Source: Callorhinchus milii (taxonomy: Eukaryota). Taken from it: a stretch of 64,000 nucleotides of DNA. Under the pieces are notes generated by a model that searched no databases, was not told where the DNA came from, and was given only the letters and a program-made list of their open reading frames with translations. This document shows positions 60,932-64,000 of the stretch, piece by piece (the stretch's first letter is position 1; the number at the start of each line of letters is the position of its first letter). The stretch lies in assembly GCF_018977255.1 (NCBI RefSeq), contig NW_024704756.1:9734001-9798000 (forward strand), given 5' to 3'. Made by a program: the position numbers and the translations under genes.

Positions 60932-61075
60932 GTTTCGCCCACAAATATACAGTCAATTCACTTTACAGTGTGTTCTGTGAAGCGCTTTCCTCCCGACGTG
61001 AAAAGCGCTATATCAAATGCAAGGATTATTATTATTAAGTGCAAGGATTATTCTTAAATACAAGGATTATTATAG
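60932..61075 (+). mobile_element. SINE 3' fragment with triplicated tail
   Basis: Young-type body followed by three copies of (A)ARTRCAAGGATTATT; ATAGT on both flanks. Confidence 0.88.
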
Positions 61076-62850
61076 TACGTGAACGTTCACAACAATAACT
61101 TGCATTTATATAGCGCTCTTCATGTAGGGCAGTGTCTCAGAGCATTTACTTAGTTTTCAGGGGAAAAAAAATCAGCAGTAGAATTTCTAAAATCTCACAC
61201 ACTATGCATCAGAAGAGAACAAGATGCAATTGCACAGAACACATTTTCTAAAAGCATTATATAGTGCCTAATTCCTTACAGGCCAGGTTGAGCTAACTAA
61301 GAGGTAGTCAACAAGAAGCTCTATCTCGTTTCATTGGTCTCCAGAAGGTAGAAAGCCATTTCATCTCAACAGCAACTAAGAATGTCCAGGTAATCAATCA
61401 TCAATGCAGAACCAGTAGAGCATTGTCCATCTTGTAGTAGATGAATTTCCCCGTGTAAACAGATTTTTACTTTTCTTTAATCTCCTTTTCAATAGTGCTC
61501 CATGTAGTAATTCTTTATTTTGGAAGCCAAGCAGAGCAGAAGGTAAACAAGAAAACTATAGTGGATAATTGCTATTCCACTGCATCTTCTGCTTAATGAT
61601 CATAGTTTGTCAATTTGAAACACTGGAAATATAAAAGGTAATAAAAAGTTTTTAAAAATTCTGAAGTGAAGAATTGCAACAGTTCTAACATTGTGTCCTT
61701 TTCTTAGACAATTCAGAAAATTATATCATTAAATTCAGTTCTTATGGAGATTATAATGGTAATTGTACCACATGTGATGATACAATTTTGCTGAATAGTA
61801 TTTGCATTTCATTGAGATGGAGCCACAATTTAGAATAAATGCACTGTTTTAAAAAAAAGTCTCACCACTGAGACCACACTACAATCCAATCATTCATTTA
61901 CGTCTTGTTTACATTGTTAACTTTAGCTATTTTCTGAATATGTAGTATAAATAGGATATGTGATTTAAGATATAGGATACAATGTATGTTAGAATAATGT
62001 TAGTTAGAATAATGACCATAGCTCAGTTTACTGTACTTATATTAAGTGTAAATCATATTCCTTACACCTTAAGGATCCTTACACCAACAAAACAAAAGCC
62101 ATTCACATCTGATAACTAGATGCCACAATGCTGCAAGTAAATGTATGTATGTGTGGGTGGGTGGGTGGGGGTGTGAGGGGATTAGTGACAGATATGTTGC
62201 TGCATTAATGTTGAATTACGAGTAACCTTGACAACAGGTTAACTGGTTCCATTCCATGTTGCTGTAGAATTTTAAATATTTTAACTTCAATTCATAGCAC
62301 GGCATTTCAGAAGAAGTTAATTTTTAATAGCTCTGTCAATATAATTTAAAGTGCAGAAGAAAATTGGAAAAATCCATTGGGAACATTTTAATTTTTAAAA
62401 ATATATACGTGGTTTGATACAGCTAACAACAAAACAAAGCAGAGGGGAGAGACAATCAAACCGTATATACTGGTGGGTTACTGAATCGGCACTCAAACCT
62501 ATAAAGACCAAATATTTTTTATGGTTGATTGCTTTCTTATCAAAATTCTACATATTCCATTATCTGTCACTTTGCACCAAGCTGTTTGGAAATTCAGTTC
62601 ACATTGCATAATCACTACTGCATGTTAACTTTCCTGGGGCTATACTCAGGGCAGTTGCACAAAGTAATGGCAAAATTGCTTCCGCCCCTTCCCCCCCCTC
62701 CAGTGAAGCCGCTTTTGCTTTTGAACTGAATAAAAATCTGCACCAAAGTTCCAACCAATTCATTTTTAGTAGTTTTTAAAATCATACAAAACTAGCGATG
62801 CTATGTCAGAATGGATTTTTGCTTTAAAAAAATTGCTTAAAACCAGATTT

Positions 62851-63175
62851 ATAATAATAATAATCCTTGCATTTGATATAGCGCTTTTCACGTTGGGAGG
62901 ACGTCCCAAAGCGCTTCACAGAACACACTGTAAGGTGAATTAACTGTATATTTGTGGGCGAACGCGGCAGCCAATTGCGCACAGCAATGTCCCACAAACA
63001 GTCGTAGATTGAAAATGACCAATTTATTATTGTTTTTGTTTTTTTTAGAGGTATTATTATTAGGCTCTGTGTGGAGTAAGGAAACTTGCCCAAGGTTTCG
63101 CCCTCTGCCTGGAATTGAACTCAGGTCTCTCACTTGCAAAGCGAGTGCTCTAACCACTGAGCTACAGGACTCCAC
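62851..63175 (-). mobile_element. Young full-length SINE copy
   Basis: Near-identical to the 32823 copy, including head boxes and (ATT)n tail. Confidence 0.92.
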
Positions 63176-64000
63176 AAATATATGCACATATATATCCACA
63201 AAGATTTGCATTCATTACAGAATTGCTAAGCCTTTGTCATCTGGAACAAATTAGGGATTGGTAAAGATTTTGTTAGATTGGGACTTTATTTTAATGTAGA
63301 AGTTGTTTTTCTTCTGAGGCCCGAAACATTGCTTAGTTTTAGCCTGTAAAACCATTTGCAAATTTAAAATTTAATAAGATTTTGTTAAATACCTTTTGTA
63401 TTTAAAGAAGAGTTCAACCAATTTAATATGCAGTCATAAGCACAACGTGCCAAATGTAAACTGTCTGTAATTATGCTGTGGCTTATAACATTGAACCATT
63501 TACAAATGACTCTTTGCTATGTTCCCATTTGCAGATGGATTATTGTGGACAGGTTTCTCAATAAAAATGGTAGTATTTGGATTGTAATATCCAGAGGTTT
63601 GGATTGGAAAATACTAGACCTATTGTTAAGCTGAAGTAGTTCAAAGCACAATCTCAACATAACTACACACAGTCCAAAACACTTGCAAATTTGTGTTTGT
63701 AAATAAATGATTTAGTTATTTATGTTGAAGCTTCTGTTTTTTTAAAAAATAGATAAGCATTCCTCATTGACCTATTGGTCACCAAACAACATCTTAGTTC
63801 ATTTTGAATGATGATACATTTATTTAGGCAATTTATCTTGGTCAAATACTACAAGGATATAATAAAATTTCTGAATATTAGTAATTGATACGAAGTTAAT
63901 TTTGCCAAGTAGTATTTGTCTCAACAATGGACACAATGTATTTAACCATGACAATTATCACTGGTTACTGTGCATCAGTAACCAACCAGTCTTATAGCTC

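Noticed and set aside
63305-63335. CTGAGGCCCGAAAC resembling a hammerhead core
   Set aside because: Lacks CTGANGA spacing and a stem II.

Overview
AT-rich vertebrate genomic DNA. The repeat content (tRNA-derived SINEs with L2-type tails, Deu-domain SINEs, L2/CR1 LINE fragments, Penelope-type terminal repeats) points to a cartilaginous fish, probably elephant shark (Callorhinchus milii); the species call is inference. One protein-coding gene can be reconstructed by hand on the minus strand: KLHL13 (BTB-BACK-Kelch CUL3 adaptor). It has 7 coding exons, join(complement 59391..59488, 44352..44493, 42762..42894, 41839..42035, 39943..40738, 32615..32728, 31477..31964) = 1968 nt, 655 aa, with all GT-AG introns in consistent phase. 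Two of these exons are missing from the ORF track. Positions 1-30 kb are non-coding, downstream of the gene, with TE relics and candidate enhancers. Most other ORF-track entries are noise or SINE/LINE-derived. I found no clear novel multi-gene system. The best second-look items are: a ~95-bp insert with a 15-bp flanking duplication carrying a CpG-decayed hammerhead-ribozyme core; a young mosaic SINE with its apparent partner L2 LINE; a candidate 81-nt stop-plus-restart cassette exon in KLHL13 intron 1; a splice-donor/G4 minisatellite; and several fold-back elements. Repeat-family names come from recalled consensus sequences and need a database check.
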